Assembly (NCBI RefSeq): GCF_011386835.1
Contig: NC_088803.1
Coordinates: 186,001 to 250,000, forward strand
From: Chrysemys picta bellii
Taxonomy: Eukaryota
Direction: 5' to 3'
DNA: 64,000 bases
In this document: positions 32,783 through 45,867 of the stretch, in pieces
Layout: each line of letters begins with the position of its first letter
How positions within the stretch are numbered: the stretch's first letter is position 1
Notes under the pieces: model-generated
The model's database searches: none
Told to the model about the DNA's origin: nothing
What the model saw: only the letters and a program-made list of their open reading frames with translations
Program-made: the position numbers and the translations under genes

Positions 32783-34653
32783 TGCGACAAAGTTCCTCCT
32801 CTATCTTGGTGGGTCCTGCACTTATTGGGGGATTTTCTTGCCTCAGAGATTCACCATGTGGGTTGGGGAACAGCCCAGAGACCTTCCCCTCTGGGAGAAC
32901 CCACAGTCCAGGTCAATCAGGAGGTTTGGAGGAACCTGGGCCCGCCCTCTACTCCGGGTTCCAGCCCAAGGCCCTGTGGACTGCAGCTGTCTATAGTGCC
33001 TCCTGTAACAGCTGCATGACAGCTACAACTCCCTGGGCTACTTCCCCATGGCCTCCTCCAAACACCTTCCTTATTCTCACCACAGGACCTTCCTCCTGGT
33101 GTCTGATAATGCTTGTGCGCCTCAGTCCTCCAGTAGTAGTAGTAGTAGTAGTAGTACACACTCTCAGCTCCTTGCACCTCTTGCTCCCAGCTCCTCACAC
33201 TCACACCACAAACTGAAGTGACCTCCTTTTAAAACCCAGGTGCCCTGATTAGCCTGCCTTAATTGATTCTAGCAGCTTCTTCTTAATTGGCTCCAGGTGT
33301 TCTAATTAGCCTGCCTGCCTTAACTGGTTCTAGCAGGTTCCTGATTACTCTAGTGCAGCTCCTGCTCTGGTCACTCAGAGAACAGAAACCCTGTCTGACC
33401 TGGGACTCATAGATCACTCTCCTGTAGCCCTCTGCCCTGGAGGGAGGGGGCTGCTCCTCCTCTTTCTCTGCTACCTGCTTGATGGCTGGCTGCTACCCAC
33501 CCACACCCTTGGGTGCTACTGCTCCAGCTACAGCCCCTTGGGGGGGGGCCTGCTGGCCCACTCCCCAGAGGAGGGGAGGGAGAGACCCCAACCATTGCTC
33601 CTGCTGCTGGGGATGCCACCACCATCTCCACCTGAGAAGGGTCCTTCCTGCTGGCCACCAGACTGCCGCCTGGAGCTGCTACGTTTGCTGCTGGGGAGCT
33701 GCTGGAGCCCTGAGGAGAGGAAGAGACCATCTGCCAGTGGGGGAACGTGTAGGAATTCTACAGACCACCATGGAGGGGCCCTCCCAGACTGAGTAACTTT
33801 TGAACTGTGCTCTTGTGGTGGGGATCTAGACTGTGTTTGTGGAGACACAGGGGGTGTGACGTGGAGCCTGCCCCCTGATCCATCTGTGTCCCCCCCCGTC
33901 CCCACCACCACCATCATCGTTGCCCCCTCCATCACCCCCACCGGCTACTTACCATCTGCCTCGGGCTCCTGCCTCTCGGACTCAGCTGCTCCCCAAGGCT
34001 TGCCACGCCCTGTTGCCACCATTGGGCCTGATACAGCAGCCAGCTTGCAAGGACTTTCTTTTTTGTTGCAAGTGCACGTGGGTGCACGTGCCCCCCCTTT
34101 TGGACTGACCCCCTCCCCCCTGCAACAAGCCCCCAGCTTTGCACCTGCTGCCTACCCATTTGCCCCTTGCTGCCTTTTGCCCCTCCCCCTTGCCCCAGCC
34201 CCTCGCTAGCTCCAGTTAGTTTGTCTGCCCCGCCCTTTCCCTCTGCAGCCTTTGTTTGACCCGCCCCAGCCTCCGAAGCTAGCCCCGTGGTTCCTCTGCC
34301 CCTTTTCCCGCCTGGTTGCTCCCTTCCCCCTGCGGTCCCCTTGCCCTGATTAGCCCCTCCCCTCGTGCGCCCATGTCCCCTCCTATGCGCTTGTGCCCCT
34401 CCCCGTTTTAGTTTAATTCTATCTCACTGCACCCCCCAATGCTGTTATCTCCTCCCTTCCTTGGTGCAACAAGAGGAGCCGGAAACCTTCCCTGAGTCGG
34501 TGACTGACCCCAGCCCTTGATAGTGCCCCCATTCACCCCTCCCCTTTTTTTGGCGCCCTCCTCCCCTGCCTACAGCCTAGCGGGGAGGAGTGGTCGACCT
34601 GCTTCCCCTTTCCCTACCCCCCCTCCAGTGTTTGCTCTCCCCCCGTCCTCATT

Positions 34654-37529
34654 ATGGCAGGGGATGAGGAGAGCGAGACCCCTCGGGCAGACCCTGCTAC
34701 CCCTCCTCCACCCGCCCCACCATCTTCCCCCCTAGCCTCTACCTCAACCGCCGCTGCTGAGCCACCTACTACCACCCCTGCTGGAGCGCCGGCAGCGGTG
34801 GGTAACGAGGTGAACTCCGCTGCTGCCTCGTCCCTCGCCCCCTCTGACTCTGGGGGAGTCCCCCCAGCCGGCAGGAAGGGCCAGGGCACGAAGAAGGGTA
34901 AAGGCCCCGCTAAAAAAGCCAGGCCCTCCATGGCAGGGGGTGCCCCCACTGCCGCGGCCCCGCAACAAGCCGCGGCATCCCTCCCTGCTGTTCCCTCCAC
35001 CAGCTCTATGGGTGTCCCTCCCCCAGGTGGCGGCGGCCCCCCCGCCTGCCGCTACGTCATCTCCCCCATCCACCAACTCTGCTACCATCTATAGCGGCCG
35101 GGGCCCCTTCCCCACCTTGACCAGGAAGCACGGCGTCCGTTGCCTCCTGGTACCCGCCTCGCCCCATGTGGAGACCTACGTGCGGGCGCTGGCGAGGGTG
35201 GTGGGGCCCACGGCCATTGTGGCGGCCTCCAAGATGTACGGAAAGGTCGTCTTCTTCCTAGCATCGGAGGCCGCCGCCCAGGAGGCAGTGGAGAAGGGCC
35301 TGGCGGTGGGGGGCGTGTATGTCCCCCTGGAGCCGCTAGAAGACCTGGGCGCCTGACTGGTCCTGACTTCTGTCCCTCCCTTCCTTCCAAATGCCGCCCT
35401 GTTACCCGCCCTCTCTACCCTGGGGAGGCTGATCTCTGTGGTCAGCCCTCTCCCATTGGGCTGCAAAGACCCCGCTCTCCGTCCTCTCGTTCCGCCGGCA
35501 GGTACAGTTACAACTGCCGCCGGCGGCACGTGACGGTGAGGCGCTGGAGGGGTCCTTCTTGGTCCCCTACCAGGGGGCCCACTACCGGGTACATTATTCA
35601 ACGGGGGAGGCCCGGTGCTACCTCTGCCGGGCGATGGGACACGTCCGGAGGGACTGCCCTTTGGCCCGGCACGGAGGGACATCCGGGACCCCCGAGCCCC
35701 GGCAGGGCGCTGGCCCCGTCATAGCCGGCGCCCCTAGCTGCCCGGCGCCCGAAGCTGCCCCTCCTCCTTTCCGGCCCACCAATGCTCCCGCTCGGGCCCA
35801 AGGGGTATCTCCCCCAGTGCGCCCAGACGAGCGAGAGGGCCCCGTCTCTGCCGCCTGCGATCTGGCGGGGCCTGTGGAGGAGGGTGAGGTAGGGATATTG
35901 CCGGGCATAGAAGAGGGCATGCCTCAGAGAGAATCCTCCCTCCTACATGCTGCCCCACCATTGCTTCCCCGAGTCCCTAAGCCTTTGCTCTTGCTCCCTG
36001 ACCCAACTCCTGTTAGCCAGCCCCCGGATGATGCCATGGAGGGCTGGTCCTTAGTGCAGGGGAAGCGGGGCAAGCGGAAGGCTCGAGCTCCGCTCCTTCC
36101 ATCTGATGCGGTAGCCCCCCGGAAGACCAGGAAGGGGGGAACCGATGCTGAGCCTTCCGCTTTGCTCCCGGGTGGGTTTTGTCCACCATTGCCAGCTAGG
36201 GAAGACGTGGCAACATCGGAGGATTACACTACCCCTCCTCCGGTGTCCCTTCCTATGGAAACCCCTGATGGAGCCCCTCTCGCCCCCTTACAATCTGAAG
36301 CCCCTGCACGCACCAAGGCGAGCGTCGCTTCGGGTGCAGGAGGGGAGAGCCCTGGGGTGGTGGAAGGTGATCTCCCTTCCATTTATGAGGAGATCGAGGC
36401 CCTGGGTCTGACCCCGGTTACCCAGGGGGAGGACGACCCTCTGCCAGCGGGCCTCGATCTGAGCGACCTCGCCTCGGCCTCCCTTTCCCCGTATTCTGTC
36501 CCCTTACCCACTGCTTCCACTCCCGCCTCCGAGGAGCCCCTGGACTCTTCCACCATCCCAGCTGCAGATGGCACCCCGCTAGCGGCCGCCGAGCCTCTTG
36601 AGGCGACGGCCAGTGCCACGCAACCGGGACCCGAGTCGCCAGGGGACTCCCTCATGGCTGAGGGACAGCCGACCTCCTTTCCGGGTGGGGGCCCCATCGT
36701 TGATTCTCCACCTACGGATGCCGTGGCCTTACCATCTGCCTTGGAGCACGAGTCCGGCATCGCCGAGGGCCCACCTCCCTCCCTGCAAATCCCTGAGCCC
36801 CTTTGTGGGGTGCCACCCTCCCCACCCAGTGGCCTGGCTGCTGAGGCCCCCGATCCCACCATCGCCCCTTCCCATGTCCCTATTCCTGATTCCAGCCCTA
36901 CCCCTGACACCGACCCCGTCCCTGTCCCCTCCACTTCCCGTGATGCTTTTGCCGCCCCTGGGGCTGTCTCCTTCTATATCCCAGAGGATGACCCCCGAGG
37001 AGCGGCCTTTGTTTTTCCCTGTCCCGACCCACCAGGGGCTGCTATTTTCCCTCCGCCGCCCCCCATTGAGCCAGGGTCTGAGGCGGGCCACGTGGCGTTG
37101 GCCCATCGGATGCTACGTCGAGGGTCTGCCCCCTGCTTGCCCGTCTCGGTGGGCCACGGGGCTGTAACAGGGGCCCCACTGGGCGAAAGCCATAGATCAG
37201 TGACCCCACCCCCCCATACGCTGAGAGAGGAGCTACGGGAGTTCCTTGAGGACGTCCGTGGCTCCCGCAACAAGGTACAGCTTGCACTCCAGCGATGGGG
37301 GGATTTCCATCAGATCCTCCGGGCCGCGAGGGCCCTCATGGGGGAGGGTAAGAGGACCGGGAGGCAGGCCGCCGCGGCCTACCAATGGGTCCGCCTCTTC
37401 CGTGACTCCTTAATCGCTTATGGGGTAGGTCACGGATTGTTGCGCGGCCCGATGGAGGCCGTGGGTGTCTCTGCTAGTGAGGATCCCCCCCAGCCCTCCT
37501 CATGGCACCGATCATCTTCGCAACATTAA
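34654..37529 (+). pseudogene. Tx1 ORF1 (RRM-like region, CCHC zinc knuckle, long Pro-rich tail), disrupted
   Basis: LTRKHGVRC, IVAASKMYGKVVFFL and the CX2CX4HX4C knuckle CYLCRAMGHVRRDC. There is a frameshift near 35040, a stop at 35354-35356 and a further frameshift near 35490. Confidence 0.85.
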
Positions 37530-40500
37530 ACACCCGGAGCTGTAGGATGGGTCTCCGCAGGAGCCAGGTGCTCTCCTTCCTTTGGGAGGGGGGGTACTCT
37601 GTGATTTTCCTGCAGGAGACCCATACGGATCCGGCCGCTGAAGCTAGCTGGCGGCTGGAGTTGGGGGACAGGGTCTATTTTAGCCACCTCACAGTTCGTA
37701 CGGCTGGAGTGGCGACCCTGTTCTCCCCCGACCTACGGCCCGAGGTGCTGGGGGTCACCGAGGCTGTGCCGGGCCGCCTGCTGCACCTCCGGGTCCGCAT
37801 GGAGGGGCTTGTGGTTAATCTCATCAACGTTTATGCCCCGACATTGGGCCCGGAGAGGTTGTGTTTTTATCAGCAGGCGTCCGCCTTCCTCGGCACCTTG
37901 GATCCTCGCAAGTGCCTGGTCCTGGGCGGGGACTTTAACGCCACCCTTGAGGAGCGGGACCGCTCGGGGACCGAGCAGCACCAGGCCGCCGCGGACGTCC
38001 TCCGGTAGATCGAACATCACTCCCTGGTGGACGTCTGGCGCGACCACCACCCGGATGACGTTTCGACATTCACTTTTGTCCGGGTGGAGGTCCATCGGTC
38101 GTACCACTCCCGGTTGGACCGCATCTATATGTCACGCTTCCATCTTTCCCGGGCCCACTCCTCCAGCGTCTGTCCGGCCCCTTTTTCAGATCACCATCTG
38201 GCCACCGTAACAGCCTCTCTCTGCGCGGAGAGGCCGGGGCCGACCTATTGGCACTTTAATAATAGCTTGTTGGAGGATGTGGGCTTTGTGGCGTCCTTCC
38301 GGGAGTTCTGGCTGGCCTGGCGAGGGCAGCGGCGTGCCTTTCCCTCGGCGCGGCGGTGGTGGGACCTGGGGAAGGTGCACGCCCAGCTCTTCTGCCGTGA
38401 CTACACCCGGGGCGCCAGCCGACAGAGGGATGCGGCGATAGGGCAGTTGGAACGGGAGGTCTTAGAGCTGGAGAGGAGTCTGGCCGCCAGCCCCGGTGAT
38501 CCATCCCTCTGCGGAGCGTGCCGGGATAAGCGGGAGGAGCTCCAGACCCTCGAGGACCATCGGGCCCGAGGTGCCTTTGTTTGATCCCGCATCTGCCTCC
38601 TTCGGGAGATGGATCGCGGCTCCCGCTTCTTCTACGCCCTGGAGAAAAAGAGGGGGGCCAAGAAGCATGTCACCTGCCTTCTAGCAGAGGATGGCACCCC
38701 CCTCACGGATCCAGCGGAGATGTGCGGGAGGGCCAGGGCCTTCTATGCAGGCCTTTTCTCCCCGGATCTGACCGATCCTAACGCTTGCAGAATACTCTGG
38801 AATAAACTCCTGACGGTCAGCGCGGGCGACCGAGACCGGCTGGAGCTGCCTCTCACTCTGGGCGAGTTCTTGGAAGCCCTCCGCCACATGCCCACCAATA
38901 AATCCCCGGGCATGGACGGGCTGACCGTGGAGTTCTACCGCGTATTTTGGGACGTCCTCGGCCCGGACCTTGTCACCGTCTGGGCCGAGTCCTTGCAGGG
39001 CGGGGTCCTCCCTCTTTCGTGCAGGCGAGCCGTGCTCGCCTTATTGCTGAAGAAGGGGGACCTCCGCAATTTACGAAATTGGCGTCCCATCTTGCTCCTC
39101 AGCACGGACTATAAAGTCGTAGCGAAGGCCATCTCGCTGCGGCTAGGGTCCGTGCTGGCGGACGTGATCCACCCAGACCAGACCTACACCGTCCTGGGCC
39201 ACACCATCTTCGACAACTTGTATCTGGTCTGGGACCTCTTGGAACTCGGGTATAGAGATGGTCTGTTGTTCGCCCTCCTGTCCCTGGATCAGGAGAAGGC
39301 GTTCGACAGGGTGGACCACAGGTATTTCCTGGGCACGCTGCGAGCGTTTGGCTTCGGGCCCCAGTTTGTGGGTTTTCTCCAGGTGCTGTACGCCTCCGCA
39401 GAGTGTTTGGTCAGGCTCAACTGGACCCTGACCGAACCGGTCAGCTTCGGGCGAGGAGTACGTCAAGGGTGCCCCCTCTCGGGCCAGCTGTATGTTCTGG
39501 CGATCGAGCCCTTCCTCTGTCTCCTCTGTAGGAGGTTGACGGGGTTGGTGCTGCGGGAGCCGGAGCTGCGGCTGGTCCTGTCGGCATACGCCGACGACAT
39601 GCTCCTCGGGGTCCAGGACCCGGGCGACTTGGTGCGAGTGGAGGCTTGCCAGACCATCTATTCAGTGGCCTCCTCCGCCCGGGTCAACTGGGTCAAGAGC
39701 TCTGGCCTGGTGGTAGGGGACGGGTGGCAGGCGAGCTCCCTCCCACCCGCGCTTCAGGCCATCCGGTGGAGTGCGGGTCCGCTGCTCTATCTTGGCGTTT
39801 ACCTTTCTGCCGCGCATCCATCTCCGCCGGAGAACTGGCTAGGTTTAGAGGGCAGGGTGTCAGAGCGGCTCCGAAAATGGACAGGACTGCTCCGGTGTCT
39901 CTCCCTTTGAGGGAGAGCACTGGTGCTCAATCAACTAGTCCTGTCCATGCTCTGGTACTGGCTCAACACCCTGGTCCTGGCCCCGGCTTCCTGACCACCC
40001 TCCGGACGTCGCTTCTGGAGTTCTTTTGGTAAGGCTGCACTGGGTCTCTGCGGGGGTTCTCCATCTATCCCTGGAGGAGGGAGGGCAGGGCCTGAAGTGT
40101 CTGCACGCTCAGGTCCACGTCTTCCACCTCCAGGCCCTGCAGAGGCTCCTTTATGGTGCAGGTAGTCCGGCATGGAGCGTATTGGTGCACGCCTTCCTGC
40201 ACCGCTTCCGAGGGCTCCGATATGACCGGCAGCTCCTTTCTCTCCATCTGAGAGGTCTTCCACGAGGCTTCTCCGAGCTGCCGGTCTTCTACCAGGACCT
40301 CCTCTGGACCTGGAAACTGTTCTCAGTGACCAGGTCCGTGGCGGCCACCATGGGGGCAGATCTCCTCGCGGAGCCCCTGCTACACAACCCCCAGCTTCGT
40401 GTGCAGGTGGCGGAGTCCCCCATCGTGCACCAGAGGTTGGTCCTGGCAGAAGTCACAAAAGTCGGAGACCTTCTGGACTACAACCAGGGAGACTGGCTGG

Positions 40501-41421
40501 ATCCCCTGACGCTCACTCAGCGCATGGGGCTCTCCAGACCTCATACTCCCTGGTGTGTACTTCAGGAGGTGAGGGCCGCTTTGCCGCCCCCTGCTCAGGA
40601 CTATCTCGACCGGGTCCTGCGAGAGGACACGCCCCACCCACCCTCCACTCCGAGCCCTCCAGACCTTTTCATCGGGCCCCTGCCCCGTGGACCCAACCGG
40701 CCCCCTCCCCGTACCTTCGCCATGAGCCGGCTGCATGATCTACAGCCAGTTCTGTTCTGGACCACACCAAGGAAACATCTATACACACTCATGCTCCATG
40801 TTCTTCATGTCCTCACCCTAACGTCCCACTCCGATACGAAGTGGCGGGACCTTCTGCCACCTCTGGAGGGTGAGGAGCCCCGGTGGGCCAGCCTTTATTC
40901 TGCTCTGATCCCGAAGCCCACCGGGGACATCAGTTGGCGGCTCCTTCACGGAGCCGTGAGCACGGGTGTGTACTTGGTGCGGTTTACCCCTGTTCCAGAC
41001 ACCTGCCCCTTTTGCGGCGTGAGGGAGACCCTGGCACATGTTTAGCTGGAGTGCGCCAGGCTGCAGCCCCTATTCTGGCTCCTCACGGATATTTTTGTTA
41101 AGATTTTGGTTGCACTTTTCTCCTCAACTTTTTATTTATGCACTCCCTCTCCGTCGCCCCACAAAGTCACGGGACCTCCTGGTCAACCTCCTCCTGGCCC
41201 TAGCGAAACTGGCCATCTATGAAACCAGAGTGAGGAGGTTGGCCGATGGAGTCTCCTGTGACTGTGGGGCCTGTTTCTGGTCCTCCGTTCGTTCACGTAT
41301 CCGGGCAGAGTTCCTCTGGGCGGCATCCACTGGTTCCCTTGATGCCTTCGAGGAGCAGTGGGCGCTGTCTGAGGTTCTCTGCTCAGTGTCCCCGGCTGGT
41401 TCGCTTCGTTTGACCCTTTGA
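37502..41421 (+). pseudogene. Tx1 ORF2 (APE endonuclease, reverse transcriptase, C-terminal Cys/His finger), disrupted
   Basis: ATLNTR, FLQETH, NVYAP, LGGDFN, SRLDRIY, FSDHH; KSPGMDG, NWRPILLLSTDYK, SLDQEKAFD, GVRQGCPLSG, AYADD; CPFCGVRETLAHV. Stops at 38006-38008, 38582-38584 and 41043-41045, with frameshifts near 39.9-40.0 kb. Confidence 0.9.
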
Positions 41422-41759
41422 CCTGACTCCTGTCCCTGTTCTTTTATTAGTTGTCCCCCGTACTTTTTTGGTCTCCAGGTCCTGTGGACCCCCCCTTAGG
41501 CTGGGGGGGATCCTTTAGCAGTGGGCAGGTGCCCGCCCACTTCCTGGATCCCAATAGGACCAGACACCCAGACCAGTGGGATACAGGAATGTCACACCTT
41601 GTTCGTGAAGACAGAGGCAAAAAAATCATTGAGTACATTAGCTTTTTCCACATCCTCTGTCACTAGGTTGCCTCCCTCGTTCAGTAAGGGGCCCACAGTT
41701 TCCTTGACTTTCTTCTTGTCGCTAACATACCTGAAGAAACCCTTCTTGTTATAGTTCCT

Positions 41760-44385
41760 ATTTTTAAGAAAGGAGGGAAAAAGTGATGCAGGAAACTACA
41801 GGCCTGTTAGTTTGACCTCAATTGTATGCAAGGTCTTGGAACAAATTTTGAAAAAAAAGGAGGTAAAGACATAGAGGTGAACAATAATTGGGATAAACGT
41901 ACGTCCTGCCAAACCAAATTGAGCTCCTTCTTTGAGAAGATAACTGATTTTTTTAGACAAAGGAAACGCAGTAGATCGAATCTACCAGGATTTCAGTAAG
42001 GCATTTGATACAGTTCCACATGGGAAATTATGAGTTAAATTGGAGAAGATGGGGATTAATATGAGAATTGAAAGGGGGGGAAGGAACTGATTAAAAGATA
42101 GACTACAATGGTTGAGGCTTCGTTTTAGTCATAGGTATTTTTAGTAAAAGTCATGGACAGGTCATGGGCCATAAACAAAAATTCATGGCCCATGACCTGT
42201 CCATGACTTGTACTATATACCTCTGATTAAAACTTGGGTGCTCTGGGGGGCAGCCCAGGACCCCCACTGGTGCTGGGAGGGGAGGGCTGGGTGGTGGTGA
42301 GTGGCCCGGCACCCCTGCTGCTGCTGAGGGGGAATTCTTCTTCACACGGTGCACAGTCAACTTGTGGAACTCCTTGCCTGAGGAGGTTGTGAAGGCAGGC
42401 TCCCTACCCAGTTCCGTGCGGCTCTCTGGAAGCAGCAACATGTCCCTTAACTCCTATGCAGAGAGACGGCCAGGGAGGCTCCGCACGCTGCCCCTGCCCC
42501 GAGTGCCAGGAGCCACGGCCAATGGGATCTGTGTGGGCAGCACCTGTGGGTGGAGGCAGCGCACGGAGCTGCCTGGCTGCACCTCTGCCTAGGAGCTGAA
42601 GGAGGGACATGTCGCTGCTTCTGGAGAGCCCCCCGAGATAAGCGCCACCCAGAGCCCTCACCTGCTCCCTCACCCCAACCCCCTGCCTCAGCCCAGAGCC
42701 CCCTCCTATATCCCAAACCCCTCATCCCTGGCCCCACCCCAGATCCTGCAGCCAGAGCCCTCATCCACTCCCGCCCCCAACCCCCTGCCTCAGCCCAGAG
42801 CCCCCTCCCACACCCAAACTCTTGGTGCTGCTGGGGTGTGGAGTGGTGGCCTGAATCTGCCCCAGCAGCAGCCATTGTGGCTGGCCCGGGGGCTGCCTGA
42901 GCTGCTGAGGTGGCCCCTGGGCCAGCTGCACCGGCCGCTGCAGAAGTCATGAGGTCACGGAAAGTCACGGAATCCGTGACTTTCTGTGACCTTCGTGACA
43001 GACTCGCAGCCTTAACAATGGGTCATACTGAAGGGTGAACTGTCAGGCTGGAGGGAGGTTAGTAACAGAGTTCCTATGGGATTGGTCTTGAGACCAATCT
43101 TATTTAACATTTTTATTACTGACATTAACACAAAAAGTGGGAGTATGCTAATAAAATTTGCAGATGACACAAAGTTGGGGGGTATTGCCAATATGGAGGA
43201 GGACTGGACTATCCTACAAATCAATCTGGATGACCTTGTAAACTGGAGTTATATAAAAGGGTTGAACTTTAATAGTGCAAAGTGTAAGGTCATAAGTTTA
43301 GGGACAAATAAAAAGAATTGTTGCTATAAGTTGGGGACTTGTTAGTTGCAAGTGACAGAGGAGGAGAAAAAGCTGGGTGTTTTGGTTGAGAACTATGAGC
43401 TGTCAATGGGATGTAGCCTGAAAAAGGCTAGTACAGTCCTAGGATGATTCAGGTGAGGTATTTCCAGTAGAGACAGGGAATTGTTAGTATCATTATACAA
43501 GGTACTGGTGAGACCTCATCTGGGACACTGTGTGCAGTTCTGGTCTCCCATGTTTAAGAAAGACGAATTCAGACTGGAACAGGTGCAGAGAAGGGTGATC
43601 CGAGAAATGGAAAACCTACCTTATGAAAGGGGCTCCAAAGAGCTTGGCTTGTTTAGCATAACCAAATGAAGACTGAGGGGAGATATGATTGCTCTCGCTA
43701 AATACATCAGAGGGATAAATACCAGGGTCAGAGAGGAGTTATTTAAGTGAAGTGCCAATGTGGACACAAGAACAAATGGATATAAACTGGCCATTAACAT
43801 GTTTAAGCTTGAAATTAGGTGAAGGTTTCTAACCACCAGAGAAATGAAGTTCTGGAACAGCCTCCCAAGGGGAGCAATGGGGGCAAAAAAACCTAAGTGG
43901 CTTCCAGACTGAGCTTGATAAATTCATGGAGGGGTGTGTGTGGTGGGACTGCCTACGACAGCATGGAGCTGATCTGCAACTGCTAGCAGCAAGTATCTCC
44001 AATGTCTGGTGGTGGGACGCTAGATGGGGAGGGCTTTGAGTTACTACAGAGAATTCTTCCCCTGGTGTCTGGCTGCTGGGTCTTGCCCACTTGCTCAGGG
44101 TCTAACCGATCGCCCTATTTGGGGTAGGGAAGGAATTTTCCCCTGAGTCAGATTGGCAGAGATCCTGGGGGGTTTCGCCTTCCTCTGCAGCATGGGGCAT
44201 GGGTCACTTGCAGGTTTAAACTAGTGTCGGTGGTGGATTCTCTGTAACTTGAAGTCTTTAAATCACGATTTGAGGACGTCAGTAACTCGGCCAGAGGTTA
44301 GGGGTCTGTTACAACAGTGGGTGGGCGAGTACTGTGCAGAAGGTCAGACTATATGATCATGAATGTCCCTACGAGTCTGTGAGTT
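41760..44385 (+). mobile_element. Old CR1 3' part, interrupted by a hAT element
   Basis: GGAAACTACAGGCCTGTTAGTTTGACC (NYRPVSL), FNIFITDI, KFADDTKLGG, LYKVLVRPHL, followed by a long 3' UTR. Confidence 0.8.
42113..43014. mobile_element. hAT-type non-autonomous element containing a short CR1 3' piece (about 42335-42410)
   Basis: Termini TGAGGC / GCCTTA with TSD ACAATGGT / ACAATGGG. The CR1 on either side is continuous across it. Confidence 0.7.
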
Positions 44386-45577
44386 ACTTCAGATTTACAT
44401 CAGTGTAACCGAGAGGAGACTTTGTCCCTTTGAGCCTCACTGGGCCTGAGTCTAGTGCACTGGAGGAAACCCATTGATTTCAGTAGTGGTGTCAAACTGG
44501 AATGGGGGGTGAATCTGTACTGTGGTGTTAAAAACTTTTTCTGCAGCTACAGAAAATTTCTTTATAATAATATTAATAACACTTTGCTGTTACAGTGCAC
44601 TCTGTGTTCATTTTATAGATGGGGAAACCGAGGCAAGGGGTGGTGAAGTGACTTGCCCAAGGTCACCCCGCAGGCCAGTGGCAGAGCCAGGAATAAAATC
44701 CGAATCTCCTAAGTCCCAGTTCATTGCACTATCCACTAGGCAACAGTGCCTCTGGTTGAAATTGGGGAAACATTTATCTTAATTATTTACTCTCTGGTTT
44801 TTTCCTTCCCCCACTTTGTTAAAGGACAGAAAAATTGATAGAAGGTGAGAATTTTACAGTAATTTCTACATGAAAATGTGACTAGTTTAATTATTTTGGT
44901 TTGATGTTTAGAAATATGAACATTTTTGGTAAATACAAAGTTTTTTTGACGAAGTCACTGACAAAGTTTTGACCAGCTGTAGGTGTTAGGCACTGAGCAC
45001 CAGATTTGTAAAGGTGCCTAAAGATCTAGATAGGTGCCTTAAAATGAAAGGGAATAAGGTGCACATGTGCTTTGGAAAATCCCACTAGGCACCTAAATAC
45101 TTTTAAAAAATTGCAAAAATCAAAATGAAGAAAACTTTCATTTCACTTAGAAATTTCCCACTAAGCAATAGGGGAAAAATGGCATTTTGGGGTCTCTCCC
45201 CTTTCCCCCTCTTTTCTACTTCCCCCTTGGATAGGGGAACAAAGAAAGAGAACATAGAAATAGAAAAGAAAAGGAACCCGCCCACCCCCAATCTAAAGAC
45301 TGACAAAAAAAGCAGCTATTGAAATTGGAAACAAAATGGAAACTTTCATTTCACTTCAAATTTCCCATCAACAAATAAATAAATAAGTTTGGAAAAACTC
45401 TATTTCCCCCCCCCCCTTTTTTTTTGACAAAACCCCATTTTTTGACAGGATAACTTTTTGGCTGAATAAAATGTCAATTAGTCCCAGCTTAGTGGGTTCA
45501 AAGCCCAGCAGAGGGATGTGAGCCAAGGACCAAGGCAACAGCATTGTCACTACCAACACAGGAAGACTAGTAGCAGT

Positions 45578-45767
45578 ATAAAGAACAGGAGTACTTGTGG
45601 CACCTTAGAGACTAACAAATTTATTAGAGCATAAGCTTTCGTGGGATACAGCCCACTTCTTAGCCCACGAAAGCTTATGCTCTAATAAATCTGTTAGTCT
45701 CTAAGGTGCCACAAGTACTCCTGTTCTTTTTGCGGATACAGACTAACACGGCTGCTACTCTGAAACC
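45578..45767. mobile_element. Penelope-derived inverted-repeat insertion
   Basis: Arms of about 65 bp (AAAGAACAGGAGTACTTGTGGCACC...TTTCGTGGG and its reverse complement) flanked by the direct repeat AGTAGCAGT at 45569-45577 and 45768-45776. The family assignment is recalled. Confidence 0.75.
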
Positions 45768-45867
45768 AGTAGCAGTGTAGTCACTGCCTTGATAAATTAG
45801 CCCCATTGGGAATGGTGGTGGAAATCTAGGAGCTTTCTCCTACACATCCCCTCCTGAGGTCCAAGTT

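Larger units (their letters stand above)
33400..41550 (+). mobile_element. Near full-length Tx1-clade (L1-like) non-LTR retrotransposon, inactivated
   Basis: Two long overlapping ORFs (gag-like ORF1; APE-RT-zinc finger ORF2) with several stops and frameshifts. The ends are approximate. Confidence 0.9.
32783..41596. mobile_element. Solo LTR (pieces about 32783-33390 and 41560-41596) interrupted by a Tx1 element
   Basis: Termini TGCGAC...GTCACA with a 4-bp TSD, CCTT, at 32779-32782 and 41597-41600 inside the CR1. Confidence 0.75.
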
